DNA of 64,000 nucleotides from Flectonema sp. DT1601. Its lineage: Eukaryota. Below are positions 38,457-51,300 of the stretch, piece by piece. The stretch is taken from positions 1,116,001 to 1,180,000 of the forward strand of contig OZ025790.1 in NCBI GenBank assembly GCA_964019425.1. The letters are read 5' to 3'. Within the stretch, counting starts at the first letter, position 1. Every line of letters begins with the position of its first letter. The position numbers and the translations under genes are program-made. Below the pieces are notes generated by a model that saw nothing but the letters and a program-made list of their open reading frames with translations, was not told the DNA's origin and ran no database searches.

Positions 38457-39321
38457 AAATGTGAAAAGGAAAATGGATATGATACGCCTGCTGGAGAGTG
38501 AAGAAGAAGTGGGGAAGCTTAATGAGTTTCAGAGAGGTGTTGAAGACTTAAAAAACTTACTGATGAGAGGAAATTCACGAGCTAGGCGGAAGTCAACACT
38601 GAATGTAAAAGGTATCGAGGAAAGTGCCAAGTCTTTGTTAGAAATATTATCTGATGTGGATGATGTACTTTTACTTCTACAGTCACAAAAGAGAGAACAG
38701 CGATTAGCTCTGCTCACGGAGGCTGTGTACATCTTGACAGAGCAAAATGACTTTGTGAGATTCTTGCAGCTGGATCGAATAGCTGAATCATACACAGAAA
38801 TAAATGGACTACATATACCTTTCTATAATGCAGTAAATGATTATCACTCTGCGTGTATAGAATGTGCACTGGATAACAACATTAATATTTGTACCGAGCA
38901 TATCATTCAAACTGTAGAGCTTCAATTAAGAGTCGTACACATTCTTAACGGGAGAGGACTCCGTCGTGAGGCAACAGCGTATGCACAGCAAGCTATAGAT
39001 TACTTAAATCTGAAAAAGGAAATTTCGACGGAAAGCCTAACTATAAGAGAGCAAAGACTAATGGCTGATGCTGTGATAAGTGTTGGATTACCTATAAATA
39101 TATCTCACATGAAGTCTACTGGAGGACCAGTATACAAGGCCTCTCCTCATCGATCAGCCTCTATTGCTGCCAGAAATTGTGTTTGGGGTATTGTGGGATT
39201 CCAGTCGGTCCCGATCCCTCCAAAGCGACCTGATGCAAGTGACTTAAGCCGCACCAACCTTACCTCGTGCTCCAGTGCTGGTATTTCTTCGGCTGCTTCA
39301 ACACCGACAACAGGGGTATGA
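38457..39321 (+). CDS. Hypothetical helical protein; probably the last exon of a spliced gene
   Basis: 286-aa open frame preceded by acceptor tttttccctcag; an in-frame upstream exon (~38040-38187) is plausible. Confidence 0.6.
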
Positions 39322-40012
39322 CATAGTGTTTTGTTTTTCATTTACAGGAAATACAACGTGAATTAAAAAAACTGTCGCTACAATGGAACTGAGATGCGAG
39401 TTCATTTTTTTGTGAGAAAGTTATTATCTTTCTATTTATTTGAGTAATTTGGGAATATTTGTTATTAAAAAAAATAATATGTTCTGTAAATCGTCAACCT
39501 CACTACAGCAACCTTATCCGGTGAGGCCTTTTAGAACGAATGGCAGCATTGTGATTTCAGATTAGTGCTACGAACGTGAAGGTGATAGGGCGATCTAAAT
39601 CTCGGACAGTATGAGGCAAACTATATTGTTCTCTTGATTACTATAAATACGTACTAATGTGTTTTAACTAAGTAGTTATGCTTGGGTGTAAACCAACATT
39701 TCCTTTTTTTTTCTTTTTCGCCAATCGTCCCTTTCTGTGCTTATCTGCACAGACATATATTTACCCACAAAGGCCGGATTGCTTATTTCTCCCAGCCGTT
39801 TTTCCTGATCCCGCTTCTTCCGAGGCGGAGCTTTCGTTTACACGTTTTTATTGTTGTCTGGCTGCTGTATTACTTCTCTCCAGGACCACCAGTTTATAAA
39901 TGCCTTATCGAAAGTCTTCGATCTTTAGTTACAAAGTGTCTAGCTTGGGAAACTTATTCACTACCGTTTTATTTATAAACTTATTGAACAGGTATCAGGG
40001 TAAAATCGATGG

Positions 40013-41902
40013 ATGGCCCCGCTTACTAATGCGAGCAAAGGAAGGTCACTTCCATCATCGAGGCTGCCGGATGCTAAGTTTGGAAGATCGGCTTCTCAAA
40101 GACCCGTCACGGTGAGTAGGGTACCGACAGCGAGTGCATCAAGGGGGAGCAGACCCGGGACAGTTCGCATTTTAGATGACAGAAGTAGCAAAACTGCTAC
40201 CGAGCGAGGAAGAGGCCGATCACGCCCTTCAGTAACTCACCCAAGATCAGCACGCAGTCAATCCCCAATAATGTTAACAACTACCTCTTCAAAAGGTAAC
40301 GAGACTGCCACTAGTGTAGTACACATCGTCGGTGACGGAAATATTTATAATCTAAAAAAAATAGATCTGCAGGTTCGAACTGCATCCGACCTGCAGCGAA
40401 TAGTATCACAGTATACAAAAATACCAGCAAAATTACATAGTTTTGCGTTGGGGAACGTGGAGCTGGCGTTGGAGAAAACATTGTACTCTCAAGGCGTGCG
40501 AGACAAGAGTGAAATTGGCTTATCAATAAAAGAGTTTATAGCTGTGATTGCTGTGGGAAATGATGGAAATGAGCTGGAGCTTCGCTTTCATGGAATGGAT
40601 CCTGGAATAGTACTGTGCGGACAACTGAGGAGAGCAGTCAGCGCAAGGATGCAGTCACCTTTTCCGATTACGTTAATGAACGTTGATGGTTCATTTATTC
40701 CTGATTCAGCAGATGATATGCCATTACAATCATTAGGTGTTGTTAATGGATACACTCTAAGAGCTACAGCATCCAACCTTTTATCCCCAAGTTCTAAGGA
40801 GCAAGCTAGTGGTTTTATTTCTACATACGCCGTGAGTGATGCGCCATATCCAAAAACGTTGTCTGTAAAATCAAAATGGCCGATTTCAGATACGAACACT
40901 ATTCAGCTGTTTGTAGAAACTGATGGTATTTGGAGTACTGGTTCTCTTTCTCAAGCAGATAAAAAAACATCGAAGATACCCTTACCTCCATTGAAATCTC
41001 GAAGTAACATAACAGATGTCAGAGGGGTCTTGTATGACTTACTTGGGATTCAGGAAGTTAGTCAGGTCCTGTTCGTAAGAGATGGGAATCCTTTACCACA
41101 ACATGGTACTGACAGGGCTAGGCTTCCATTAGTAGGATTTCTAAAACAAAATGATACGCTTATCCTAGCAATTGACAATTCATGGAAAGTTAAAGGCACT
41201 CCTGTATCACCCAAAATAATAATTCCACAATCTATGAAGCTGCCTTGGTGTATAAGCTGTATAGTCTGTGATGCCAAACAGCCTCACAATGCTGAATGGA
41301 GACCTCAATTTGTACAGCCTACCTGGTTGGTGGAAGATCTGATAGCTGTCGTTGCGTTAGAATTCGATAGCGAGGTTGGGATGATTTCAATGTACTTTCG
41401 AGGGCAGGAATTGGACTTTTCATCTAATCTTCAAAGTCAAGAACTTGATGAAGGATCAGTTATATTAGTTCTAATCAGAACTGTGTTGGATTTAAATGTT
41501 GATATTCGTCTTGATGTGGCATGTGATAGAGGAAGTGTATTTAAAACTACTCTTCGTGGGGTACCACCCGCGGCTGTTGTTTCTGAGCTGTGCAAGCGGG
41601 CACTCAAGGCCTGCACGCTTGACGAATTCTCCGCTTCGCAGTTTATAATTTCTGTTGGGGGTATGGTATTACCCGACTCCACTCCTCTTAGATGTTGTAG
41701 AATATCTCACCAAACGACTATTAGTTGCGTCCAGAAATCGATTCCAAATGAAGTGTCGCCTTCTGTTTCTTATCTTCAAGCTTCTGGTTTTTCTAAACCA
41801 AGAGAAGTATCATACCGCCCAGCTACTGTCCATTCGTCACCGCAGTCTGTACTAGCTTCACCTCATGTTAATTGGCCTCCACCACCTGTATCTCGGTCAT
41901 AA
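40013..41902 (+). CDS. Protein with S/R-rich N-terminus and several ubiquitin-like domains
   Basis: 629 aa; repeated Ubl-like motifs (GNVELALEKTLYSQGVRDKSEI; FRGQELDFSSNLQSQELDEGSVI; GGMVLPDSTPL). Confidence 0.7.
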   Translation: MAPLTNASKGRSLPSSRLPDAKFGRSASQRPVTVSRVPTASASRGSRPGTVRILDDRSSKTATERGRGRSRPSVTHPRSARSQSPIMLTTTSSKGNETATSVVHIVGDGNIYNLKKIDLQVRTASDLQRIVSQYTKIPAKLHSFALGNVELALEKTLYSQGVRDKSEIGLSIKEFIAVIAVGNDGNELELRFHGMDPGIVLCGQLRRAVSARMQSPFPITLMNVDGSFIPDSADDMPLQSLGVVNGYTLRATASNLLSPSSKEQASGFISTYAVSDAPYPKTLSVKSKWPISDTNTIQLFVETDGIWSTGSLSQADKKTSKIPLPPLKSRSNITDVRGVLYDLLGIQEVSQVLFVRDGNPLPQHGTDRARLPLVGFLKQNDTLILAIDNSWKVKGTPVSPKIIIPQSMKLPWCISCIVCDAKQPHNAEWRPQFVQPTWLVEDLIAVVALEFDSEVGMISMYFRGQELDFSSNLQSQELDEGSVILVLIRTVLDLNVDIRLDVACDRGSVFKTTLRGVPPAAVVSELCKRALKACTLDEFSASQFIISVGGMVLPDSTPLRCCRISHQTTISCVQKSIPNEVSPSVSYLQASGFSKPREVSYRPATVHSSPQSVLASPHVNWPPPPVSRS

Positions 41903-42182
41903 CATATTATGATGTAGATTAGTATTTTTTATAAATTTTGAAACGGCTGTTTTTTTTCTGATACTGGCGACAGTATTACAGATAAGAAATGATTATCAGT
42001 TCCATCTGTTGTGTGATATCAAAAAATTTAGATCTCATAAATTGTAATTAAAGAAATGTAATAAAACGTGTTTTTTTTTTTTTTTTTTTTCTTTCTTTTT
42101 TTTTTTTGGTAATTTCACTGTTTTATTTGTACGGAGGATAAAAGTTTCTATTTATTTGATTTTTATGACGACATTCTTTGCT

Positions 42183-42215
<33 letters not shown>

Positions 42216-42284
42216 CAGTGTACCATTTTTAGATGATGTATTGCTGTGTTAACATACCTCTCAATTTACAGAACTTATTAACAA

Positions 42285-43535
42285 ATGTCTCGTTCGTTCA
42301 ATCAGGTTAGGAGGGAGCTGCGTTGCACTGCACACGTTGATAGAATAAACTTTTTAACGATATTTAAGAGGAGATTAATCGAATCAAAAGATGAATTGTT
42401 TGATATAAATTCAAATGAATGTAATCAATTCGAAAAGAAACATGAAATGACTTCTCGGAATATTCTACGAGCCAAAGACTTATTTGTTACAGAAGAAGAT
42501 TTTAACAAACTGACCGCTGGCATAAACGACATGACAATAATTCAAGATCACGTTGGATCTTTACTACTAGAATATGAGACAGAAAATCGCATATCTGTTA
42601 AAAGGACAAGAGAACCCATTGGAAGGATAGGTTCTATTCATGGGTGTAGTCCACTGTTCACTGCCAAATCAATTGCCATGTTTTTAAAAACTGCCAACGC
42701 CGGCATTTTAAAGGGTTCTACTGACTCTCAACTCAGTAACGATTTCATAGTTAACATCGCAAAGGAATCACTTATTGAGTCTGACTTGCCTGAGTCTTGT
42801 ATAGAACAATTCCCATCAGATAAAACCGAACTCACTTCAGCTTTAGAAATAGAAGATATTGACGCTTTAATAGCTACTGGTTCAACGTCGTTACATAACT
42901 TCGTTAGAAGACATTGTCGTGTTCCAATAATCCATAATACTCCTGTAATAACATGTTTATATGTACATAGTGACGCAGAGCCTGTTCAGGTTAATCGCGT
43001 AGTTCAGAATGCAAAAAGTCAGGATGCGTCTGCCAGCTCTTTAGACGTTCTACTAATTCATGATGAATACTCTTCTAGAGATAGCTTACTTGAGGTGTTG
43101 TCTGAGAATGATGTTTGTGTTGTGAAATCAACTATTGGATCAGCTACAGCAGGCGGATCAATTCGAGACCTAAAAGATAATAACCTTTTGATTATATTCA
43201 TTGATTCTCCTGAAGAAGCGATTGAGTTTATGAATGACTTCAGCAGCAATCACATGAACACGGTTATGTGTAAACATTCTGAAACAGCAGATTCATTCCG
43301 AGATGTTCTTCAATCAGCAATTGTTCTTCACAATACCAGTCCTCGCTTTGCTGATAACGAAGGCCTTGGTCTTGGTCCAGGACTTGGTGTTACCTCAGGA
43401 CCTTTCTCCACTGGACCATTAGGTCTTACTGACTTACTTCGTTCTAAGCAATTCGTTTCTAGTCTTGGTAGAACTAGACAGTCTGATAGTTTGATGTTGA
43501 ACCCACAAATAACTTTTGGTACGAGACCTGTATAG
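42285..43535 (+). CDS. Gamma-glutamyl phosphate reductase (ProA/ALDH-fold)-like protein, divergent
   Basis: REPIGRIG, ILKG, LYVHSDA, EAIEFMNDFSSNH, NTSPRFAD..GLG..GPLGL follow ProA motif order. Confidence 0.85.
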   Translation: MSRSFNQVRRELRCTAHVDRINFLTIFKRRLIESKDELFDINSNECNQFEKKHEMTSRNILRAKDLFVTEEDFNKLTAGINDMTIIQDHVGSLLLEYETENRISVKRTREPIGRIGSIHGCSPLFTAKSIAMFLKTANAGILKGSTDSQLSNDFIVNIAKESLIESDLPESCIEQFPSDKTELTSALEIEDIDALIATGSTSLHNFVRRHCRVPIIHNTPVITCLYVHSDAEPVQVNRVVQNAKSQDASASSLDVLLIHDEYSSRDSLLEVLSENDVCVVKSTIGSATAGGSIRDLKDNNLLIIFIDSPEEAIEFMNDFSSNHMNTVMCKHSETADSFRDVLQSAIVLHNTSPRFADNEGLGLGPGLGVTSGPFSTGPLGLTDLLRSKQFVSSLGRTRQSDSLMLNPQITFGTRPV

Positions 43536-43795
43536 GAGATCATTGTGTTGATTTACTGTAGCATAGAAATTGAGATTCTCCCTTTGATCAGAGCTTCTAA
43601 AAACAAAAAAAAGAGATTGAGTTTCTTAGCAGTCTCTTTTTAATGTCCCTTTTATGGTGTTGATTATTAATTGTTTCACCCCCCTCCGTCAGTCGCAGCT
43701 TCTCTATGAAATTTGTTAGATTAAATGATTATTCTTTTGTTAGTATTCTTTAATGGTACTTTAAAACACCACAGCTAATACTAAAAGCTGATTAA

Positions 43796-44332
43796 ATGGA
43801 TAAGATGTTATCACTCTTGCAACATCGATATCTCGAACAGACATATGAATTAGAAGGTCTCCAAGCAAGATTTGAATGGATATCTGGAGTCTGTGATGAA
43901 GATCTCCTTTCAGCATTACTTTCTTGTATGTCGGATGTTGGAGCTACTGATGCTCAGCTGAGACGCCATATCAAGGATCAGGTTTGTTTTTTTTAAATTT
44001 TTTTTTTTTTTTTCTTACGTTTCACATATAATGACCAACAGGAAAAAGAGATTAACACCCTTCGCAGTCTTGAATCTGAGTATAGGGAAACAAATGAACA
44101 ACTTGTATCCCATTTGAAGGGTGAGATTCAAAAGCAAAAAAACCGTCAGGGGATGCTAATGTCCTCCAATGATCGTCTCAGTAATACAACTGCGAGAATC
44201 GAAGTAGAGAGGGTTTATGCTGATACCGAATTAAAGAATGTTTCACTTAGAACCCATAATAAAGAACTTGAAAAAACTTCGAAACACATGATGGAAATGC
44301 TTCAGGCTCAGATGGCTGTTTCCGTAGTTTGA
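43796..44332 (+). CDS. Small coiled-coil protein, two exons (43796-43981, 44042-44332)
   Basis: A 60-nt GT..AG intron (gtttgt...caacag) joins the two ORFs in phase 0. Confidence 0.75.
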
Positions 44333-44603
44333 TTCACGGCGATCCAATCCTACTTTGTTAGACCGTATCCTACACTGTTGTTGTTGTATCTGTTTTATTA
44401 TTTATTATTATTGTACTTTATTTATCTTATTACGTTGTTTTGGTTGACATTTATAATTTTTTTATCATTCTCTTTTCAATCAGTGTTGTCGAAATTAAAA
44501 TTAAACAGAGTGGGAATTGTTCTGACTATAATAAAAACAATCAGTTATCTTTTCAATATAATTCCCCTGCCTCTCAGGAAGCATCTAGAGTTCGAAATAA
44601 ATA

Positions 44604-45491
44604 ATGTTCTGGACAACAAGTACCCCGTGGGAGAGTGAAGGTGAAGAAGAGCACCACCTCTGCGGTGCGGGTACGGAGGTCGGGAGAGGCACCAGTAAGC
44701 GCGGTGCCTCTCCCAGAAGGGAACGGGAGAGAAGGAGAGAGTCTCAGGAGAGGGAACGAAGAGACTTGCTTCGGGGAGTGAAGGACGCGATTCGTGTTTC
44801 GGAAGATCGGGAGCAGCAGCCATCGTTGGTGCAGCCACTACTACTACCACAAGAACAAGAAGAACATCAACAGCAGCAGCCGTCACTACCACCACTGACG
44901 TTGTCTCGACCAACGCAGCAGGGGCCGACTTCGAAATTACAACAACAGCAACCTCAGCAAGAACAACGTCAAGGACAGCAACAACAGCAACAACAACAAC
45001 TACTTCAGCAAATAGCTCCTGAGCCGTTCACACCACAGCGTGTTTGGGACGAACCACTGGCACAACCACAATTACAAGTACGTGCATCGTCGCTGAGACA
45101 TCCTCAGGCGATGATGCCAAACAGACAACCGCGGAGTTCATTCCGAGACCGGATGACCACCGACGCACCAACGGATGGCGACTTCTTCGTGAGACAGCTT
45201 TGTGCGTGTCTCCTCGTCACCGTTGTGTTGATTGTGTCAGTATTATATTACGCTCACCTACACCCCGAAGTCTTTGAAGGAATCGGGGTGGTTGTTTCTG
45301 TGTTTTTGTTTGTAACAAAGTTGTATATCTCCTTGTACCCACCTCCTGTTTTGATCATTGCGATGGTCAGCAGTTGGTATTTTACCACTACATGGAAGGA
45401 ATACATCTTTAAGGTGTCTACGTTCCCCATCCAGGTAATCGTCTTCCTGGTGTGGGGTGTACGTGGATTGCTGGGAAAGTCGCAAAGTTAA
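44604..45491 (+). CDS. Q-rich protein with C-terminal transmembrane helices
   Basis: 295-aa GC-richer ORF with polyQ and 3-4 hydrophobic segments. Confidence 0.7.
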   Translation: MFWTTSTPWESEGEEEHHLCGAGTEVGRGTSKRGASPRRERERRRESQERERRDLLRGVKDAIRVSEDREQQPSLVQPLLLPQEQEEHQQQQPSLPPLTLSRPTQQGPTSKLQQQQPQQEQRQGQQQQQQQQLLQQIAPEPFTPQRVWDEPLAQPQLQVRASSLRHPQAMMPNRQPRSSFRDRMTTDAPTDGDFFVRQLCACLLVTVVLIVSVLYYAHLHPEVFEGIGVVVSVFLFVTKLYISLYPPPVLIIAMVSSWYFTTTWKEYIFKVSTFPIQVIVFLVWGVRGLLGKSQS

Positions 45492-45980
45492 AGAAATGAT
45501 CTGAACCGTCGATGGTTCAAATTGTTTTTGGAGCGACTTTTTCTTCTTCTTCCTCATCAACATCAACATCATCATCTTGTTGTTGATGAACTTTCAGTTC
45601 CTTCGTTTGTTTGTCCTCGTCACTCATTGGCTCTTGTTAGGCCAGAACATTAAAGAAAAAAAAAAAAAAAAAAAGTATTAATCGACTTGTTTTCATTTCT
45701 TTTTATTTTTTACAAACATTGCACGCAGGGATTACTCGGAGTAACTTCACCCATTTGAAAATCTCCTGGCAACCTGCCTGCATCGGGTTTTGGGGTTCTT
45801 TTTTCTTTTGTACAAATAACTGGAAGTCATTTTCACCTAATTTAATATCTTCCGGGTACTGCTTTAATTTGTTCCGTTTTGTTACTTTTCTTGAAAAGAA
45901 TACTTGCCCTCCATAATAATAGCGACTGTACTTCCTGTCTCGATCGTCCTATCCCACACCCAAACCCATAGCCACCAAAA

Positions 45981-46029
<49 letters not shown>

Positions 46030-48316
46030 TAGTAAAAAAAAAAAATTAACTTCACCGACCATTCTTCATGTTTTTTCTCAATTTCGCACATCCCAATCTC
46101 TACCCCTCCTTTTTCAGGTGTACAGTCGCTGAATGAATATTAGTGTCTTGCCTTTTCTTTTTTTTTATTTTGTCTTTTTTTCAACACACTCGCAAGTAAA
46201 AACCCTTCTTCCCTTTCCTCATCGTTGAGTAACTTTTCACACTCACTCACTGTTTTAATCTCATTAGGGTGGAGGGGGGAATACTTGCACGGAGAGTTTA
46301 CCTTGATATTCATTTTAGTTTTTACACGCAATGCTTCACTTTTCTTTATTGGGTGGTTGTGTATGTTTTTTTTCTCGTAAGGTTGGAAAGAAAGGAAATT
46401 GTCCGATTTTCCGTCGGTTGGTGTGTCTGTGGAAAGATTTGTTTTGTTGGAGGAGGTTGTATGTTTCTTTTCTGGTTTTTTTTTTTTTTTGTGAGATGTG
46501 GTTTTTAGGATGTTTATTTGCTTTTTTTTTTGGGTGTTTTTGTGTTGGATTCCAAAATGCAAATAAAGTAAAGTAAAATAAAATAAAATGAATTCCTTTT
46601 GCTTTCTTTCTTCTTCATTCTAATCAGTCCAGTGACCGTCGGTCCTGTCTTGATTAGTTTTGTGGTTGTCAGAAAGAAATGACTGTGTTCCCTTTTGCCC
46701 CCGTGTTGCGGGAGGTTTGTTTCTGTTTTATGTTTTGGAAACCAAGCTGTGGCAGCGACCTTTTTCTTTTCTTCATTTTGGCTTCTGTTTGTGTGATGCG
46801 TCACAACAACTGAGAGGAGCCAACCTGTCAGTGTTGTGTATTCCGCAGACGGATTCGATTCCATCTCAATATAGAGATTAGAGAGATGGGAGTCGATTAT
46901 ATTTATTTGGGTCTGCTGTTAGCACAGTTGTACTCTTTTTGTGATTTCATGTATCTTGTTGGTCATGTCTGCTTTGCTTGGTTTCATCGCTTCTGCACGG
47001 TCCGAATTCAAGACTGCTGCTTGTTGGGTTTAGAGCAGTGGGTCTAATTGGTTGATAATTTGTTGAATGTGTGTTCCCATTATTTATTATCATCATCATC
47101 ATTCTTCCCTCAGTTCCTCTGCGAAGTCGCGGAGGGGTATGAGGAAAATGATAAATGTGATGATGATGATGAAAATGATGGGTTTTTCTTGAAAACATGT
47201 GTATTCCCTGCTTCTGTGGGTGTTTGCTTTGTTTTCTTCCCTTTCCGTTGAATATTAATTTACACTATTCTTTTCCTTTTTCCCTTTTTTTTTTTTTTGT
47301 GTGTGTGTTTGTTATTGTTAACATTATGGTACACAACACAACACAAAACACATGCTCTCTCTCTTCTTCCTGTCTTCTTCTTCTTCATGTCTTCTCATGC
47401 ATGTTGAAGTGTTAGGTTGGAGGGAAATCACCATCTGGCTTCTCGTTCTTCGTTTCCTCCATTTTCGGAGTGGTTGAAGGAGAGGCGATTAATCCTTATT
47501 TTAGGCTTATGTCCTTGTTTTGAGTTTTGTTTTGTTTTTTTTAGTTTTTTTTATTTTCATCAGTACAGTTTACATCGAATATTTGATTGTTAGTTTTTGA
47601 GAAGTAAATGTGTTTTGAAAGTATAGAGATCGTTGTAAAAGGTGTTTTGTTTTTTTGTTTATTTTACCGTTGATGTGCCTTTCTTGGACAGCTTCGGGTG
47701 CATACAACCAACTCCCTCATTTTTAATCTTCTTCAGCAATACCCTTCCTTTTGTTTTTTAATTGTAGCCTTACATTATCATTACACCACCCCACTTGAAG
47801 CATTGCAATTTTTACATTTCAAAAGAATATCTGAATCTGTGAAAGTGTGTTGGATCCTTTTTTTCTTCTTTTTCTTTTTTTTTTAATTTTAATTCCATCT
47901 CTTTTTTCCTTCAACCGTTTATCCTCGTTTTTCTCTTTTCGAGTACAGGATAAAGAAGGAAGTGAAGTGATGGCAATGAGGCAAGGAATAAAGTGTTTTT
48001 CTTAAAAAAAAAATAAAGTAAGTAACATGGGGAACCTTTCCCTGTGTAATCTTCAAAAAAAATAAAAAAAAATAAAAAAAAGGGGTTCCACTCCCCGCTA
48101 ATCAAAAAAAACAAACAAATAAAAAAAAAAAACTTGTGCTCTCCAGCATACTTATTTGCTTCGCACGTTTTGTTGTTCTTCATTTATTTTTACTTCACAG
48201 GAACAACAACAACAACAACAACAAGAAGAAAAGATGCATCTGAATATTTTTATGTTTAATATTTTCTGTAAAGTCTAAATTGTGTTTCTTAGTACAACAG
48301 CAAGAGAAAACTAATA

Positions 48317-51300
48317 ATGGCTCATGAAAGAGCTTCTGCTGTGAGTAGGCGGATCTCAGATTATCGCAGTGAGCGGGAATTGAACTTGTTATCGGCAATG
48401 ACGGGAGAGGAGTTAGATTGCGGTGATTTCATTGCTGGGTGTGCATCCATTGTTTCCATTGCTTTATTCATAGCTGCGGCCTTCACCACAGCAGCGAAAG
48501 TGACACTGGAAACCAACAGTGCAATTTCTCAATTCACATCACTTCCTGAGTGTGGAACTATTCTGAACGGAACTGTTATTGATTTCTCAATAGATTCTTT
48601 GGTGTCATCTTTTTGGGACAGAGAAATGCATTTTATGGTGATTTGGTTGGTAATTTGTTGTATAATACTACCCCTTGCAACTTGCACATTACAATGTGCA
48701 GTTTGGTTTGTTCCAATGACCCGACCAATAAGAAAGTACCTGTTGGATGTTGTGAGTATCCTCACACACTACTCTGCGGCTCAGGTGGTGTTGTTGATCG
48801 TATTAATCGCTTGTTTTGATATGGATGTTGGTCCTGTTGACTTCCCAATGAATTCTATTGTTGAGAATAGTGTATTAAAACGTTCCTTTAGTACCTTAGG
48901 AAGCCCTGATGTTGTTATCGATGTCTCAAATACAACTACGAGAGCAGTAACTACTCTACAGTCTGGGTGTCCTCGTGATCCTACTGGGTTTATTGGAAGT
49001 TCAGCAATCTCTTGTTCGTTAATAAGCCAGAATTGCGATACTGATTTGAATATTTTTGTAAATTCGGTTCCTGTCGGAGGAAAAGGTTGGATGTATTGCC
49101 CCCGAGACTGCCGACGATGCACCGATTTCGAAGATGCCATGTCAAAGGGTGAGCTCGATTTTATTTTTATGTTCTCCACTGAACCCCCTGCAGCACTAAT
49201 CCAACCAAGTCTTCCTCCAGTAGAGTGTGTTGATGATACAAAGGGAGTTATCCATAATATGAATTCATCTTGTTTGCAACTTCAGCATTTGTGTTTTGAC
49301 TCTCTCGGCGTTCTGTTTTCATCTCATCACTTTCCGTCACTTTCTGTAGTTTGGATGTATTGCCCTGCGACGTGTTATATGTGTATAGATTACACGGTTG
49401 CCTTTTCACTGGGTCAGCTGACTTTTATTTTTGAATTCAATTACACTTCCTACAATGAGAGTGGCCTCCCTCAATTAGGTTTCGATGTTACAACACATCC
49501 AACGACAGAACCGTCAGAGTTGACATCAGAACCTCCTTCAAATAGTAATCAGACGTGTGTTGATGATGCCTCAGGAATGATCGTCATGAGTGGTATGACT
49601 TGTGAGATGATCCTTTCGGCGTGTGACATTGACATAAGTACCTTCACAGATATAATACCAAAAGGTGTATTGGGTTGGATGTTCTGCCCCGTAACGTGTA
49701 TGAGGTGTTCGGATTATTTAAAAGCTTTTGAAGAAGGACAGCTTTCAATTATTGGAATCCATCCTCCTTCAGACACTGATCACGCTCATTATATTCCTTG
49801 TTTTGATGATGATAATCACCTTACTGTAATTGGATGTGATGTGATTGGAGTTCTTTGTGATGTTAATTTATTTTGGATATCAAAGCAAGCACCTGAAGGA
49901 CTTTACGGTTGGATGATTTGTCCTCTGACTTGCCATCGCTGTGACGATTTTCGCGAAGCTCATGATGACCTCAAGCGGTTGAATATTATTTCTGCCCCAC
50001 CACCAAACTCCATAACCTGCGAGGATGATCCAACCGGAGAAATACAATCTTTAGGGTACGACTGTGAGATAATAAAGCGATCTATGTGTGACATAAATGT
50101 TCATATGTACACTGACTTGGTTCCAAAAGGTTCCTTTGGATGGATGTATTGCCCTCTGTCTTGTCATAGATGTGAAGATTATATTCAACAGGGTAGAGAT
50201 CTGCCAATCTTTTATCAACCAATAAAATCAAAACCAGTTACCTGTGCTGACGATCTGACCGAATCAGTATCAGCTGTAGGGACGTGTGATACCGTGGCGC
50301 TGTTGTGTGATGTTGATTTGAGTACGCTGTCGTCACATTTTGTAAATCTTACTTTTGGTTGGATGATCTGTCCTGTGACGTGTGATCGCTGTACTGATTT
50401 CATTCACTCATATGAACATGGTGACTTACGTCATCTTGGACTCATTCACCCGACTGTTATTGATAATCAAACACGTTGTGTTGATAACCCTTCGGGGATA
50501 TTTCCTGGCTTCGATTGCAGTCAGAATGTTAATAATTGCTACACCGACCTCAGTGTTTCTGGTGACATAAATGCTACTGTTGGAACTTATGGTTGGATGA
50601 TATGCCCAGCTTCGTGTCGTAGCTGCGAATCATTTTTGTTCGCACTCGACGGTGGTCATCTCTCTCATTTAGCGTTGGTCTTCTCGCCTACCTGTAATGA
50701 CGACGCGAGTGGTTTTGCTCGCATACTCGGAATGTCTTGCAGTGATGTTGGTCGTTCTCATTGCGATGTTAACTTCCATGCAATTGATGACGTGTTCCCT
50801 GAATTAGTTTTTGGTTGGATGCTTTGTCCAGCATCTTGTAATCGATGTGAAGACTATATTAATGCGTACAACAATGGTCTTATTCCCTTTTCGGATGACA
50901 GCCTCACTATCACTTGCAAGGATGCGTCACCTCATCACATGGAATGGACCTGTGACAGTATTATTAATACTGAAACTGTTGAGAATAAAACAAAAACATG
51001 CAACATTGACCTCCACAGCTACGGAACTGATACCTTTGGTACTTACAGCTGGCAGTACTGTCCTGAAACATGTGGAAGGTGTGATGACTACACTGATGCA
51101 ATAAGAAGAGGTGATTTACGACACATAAACGGAGAAGAAACAACACCGTGCATTGATGATGTGAGTTCACTGTTGCTTCAATCTTGTGAAGAATTATTTA
51201 AAGTTATTCCATGCGATGGTGACATTCCAATTCAAAATCGCGGCAACTTAACTCCTGAGGGTGAGATATTCCTGTGGCAACTCTGTCCAGCAACATGCCA

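Noticed and set aside
45500..48200. Numerous short ORFs on both strands
   Set aside because: Low-complexity UTR-like sequence with no recognisable motifs.
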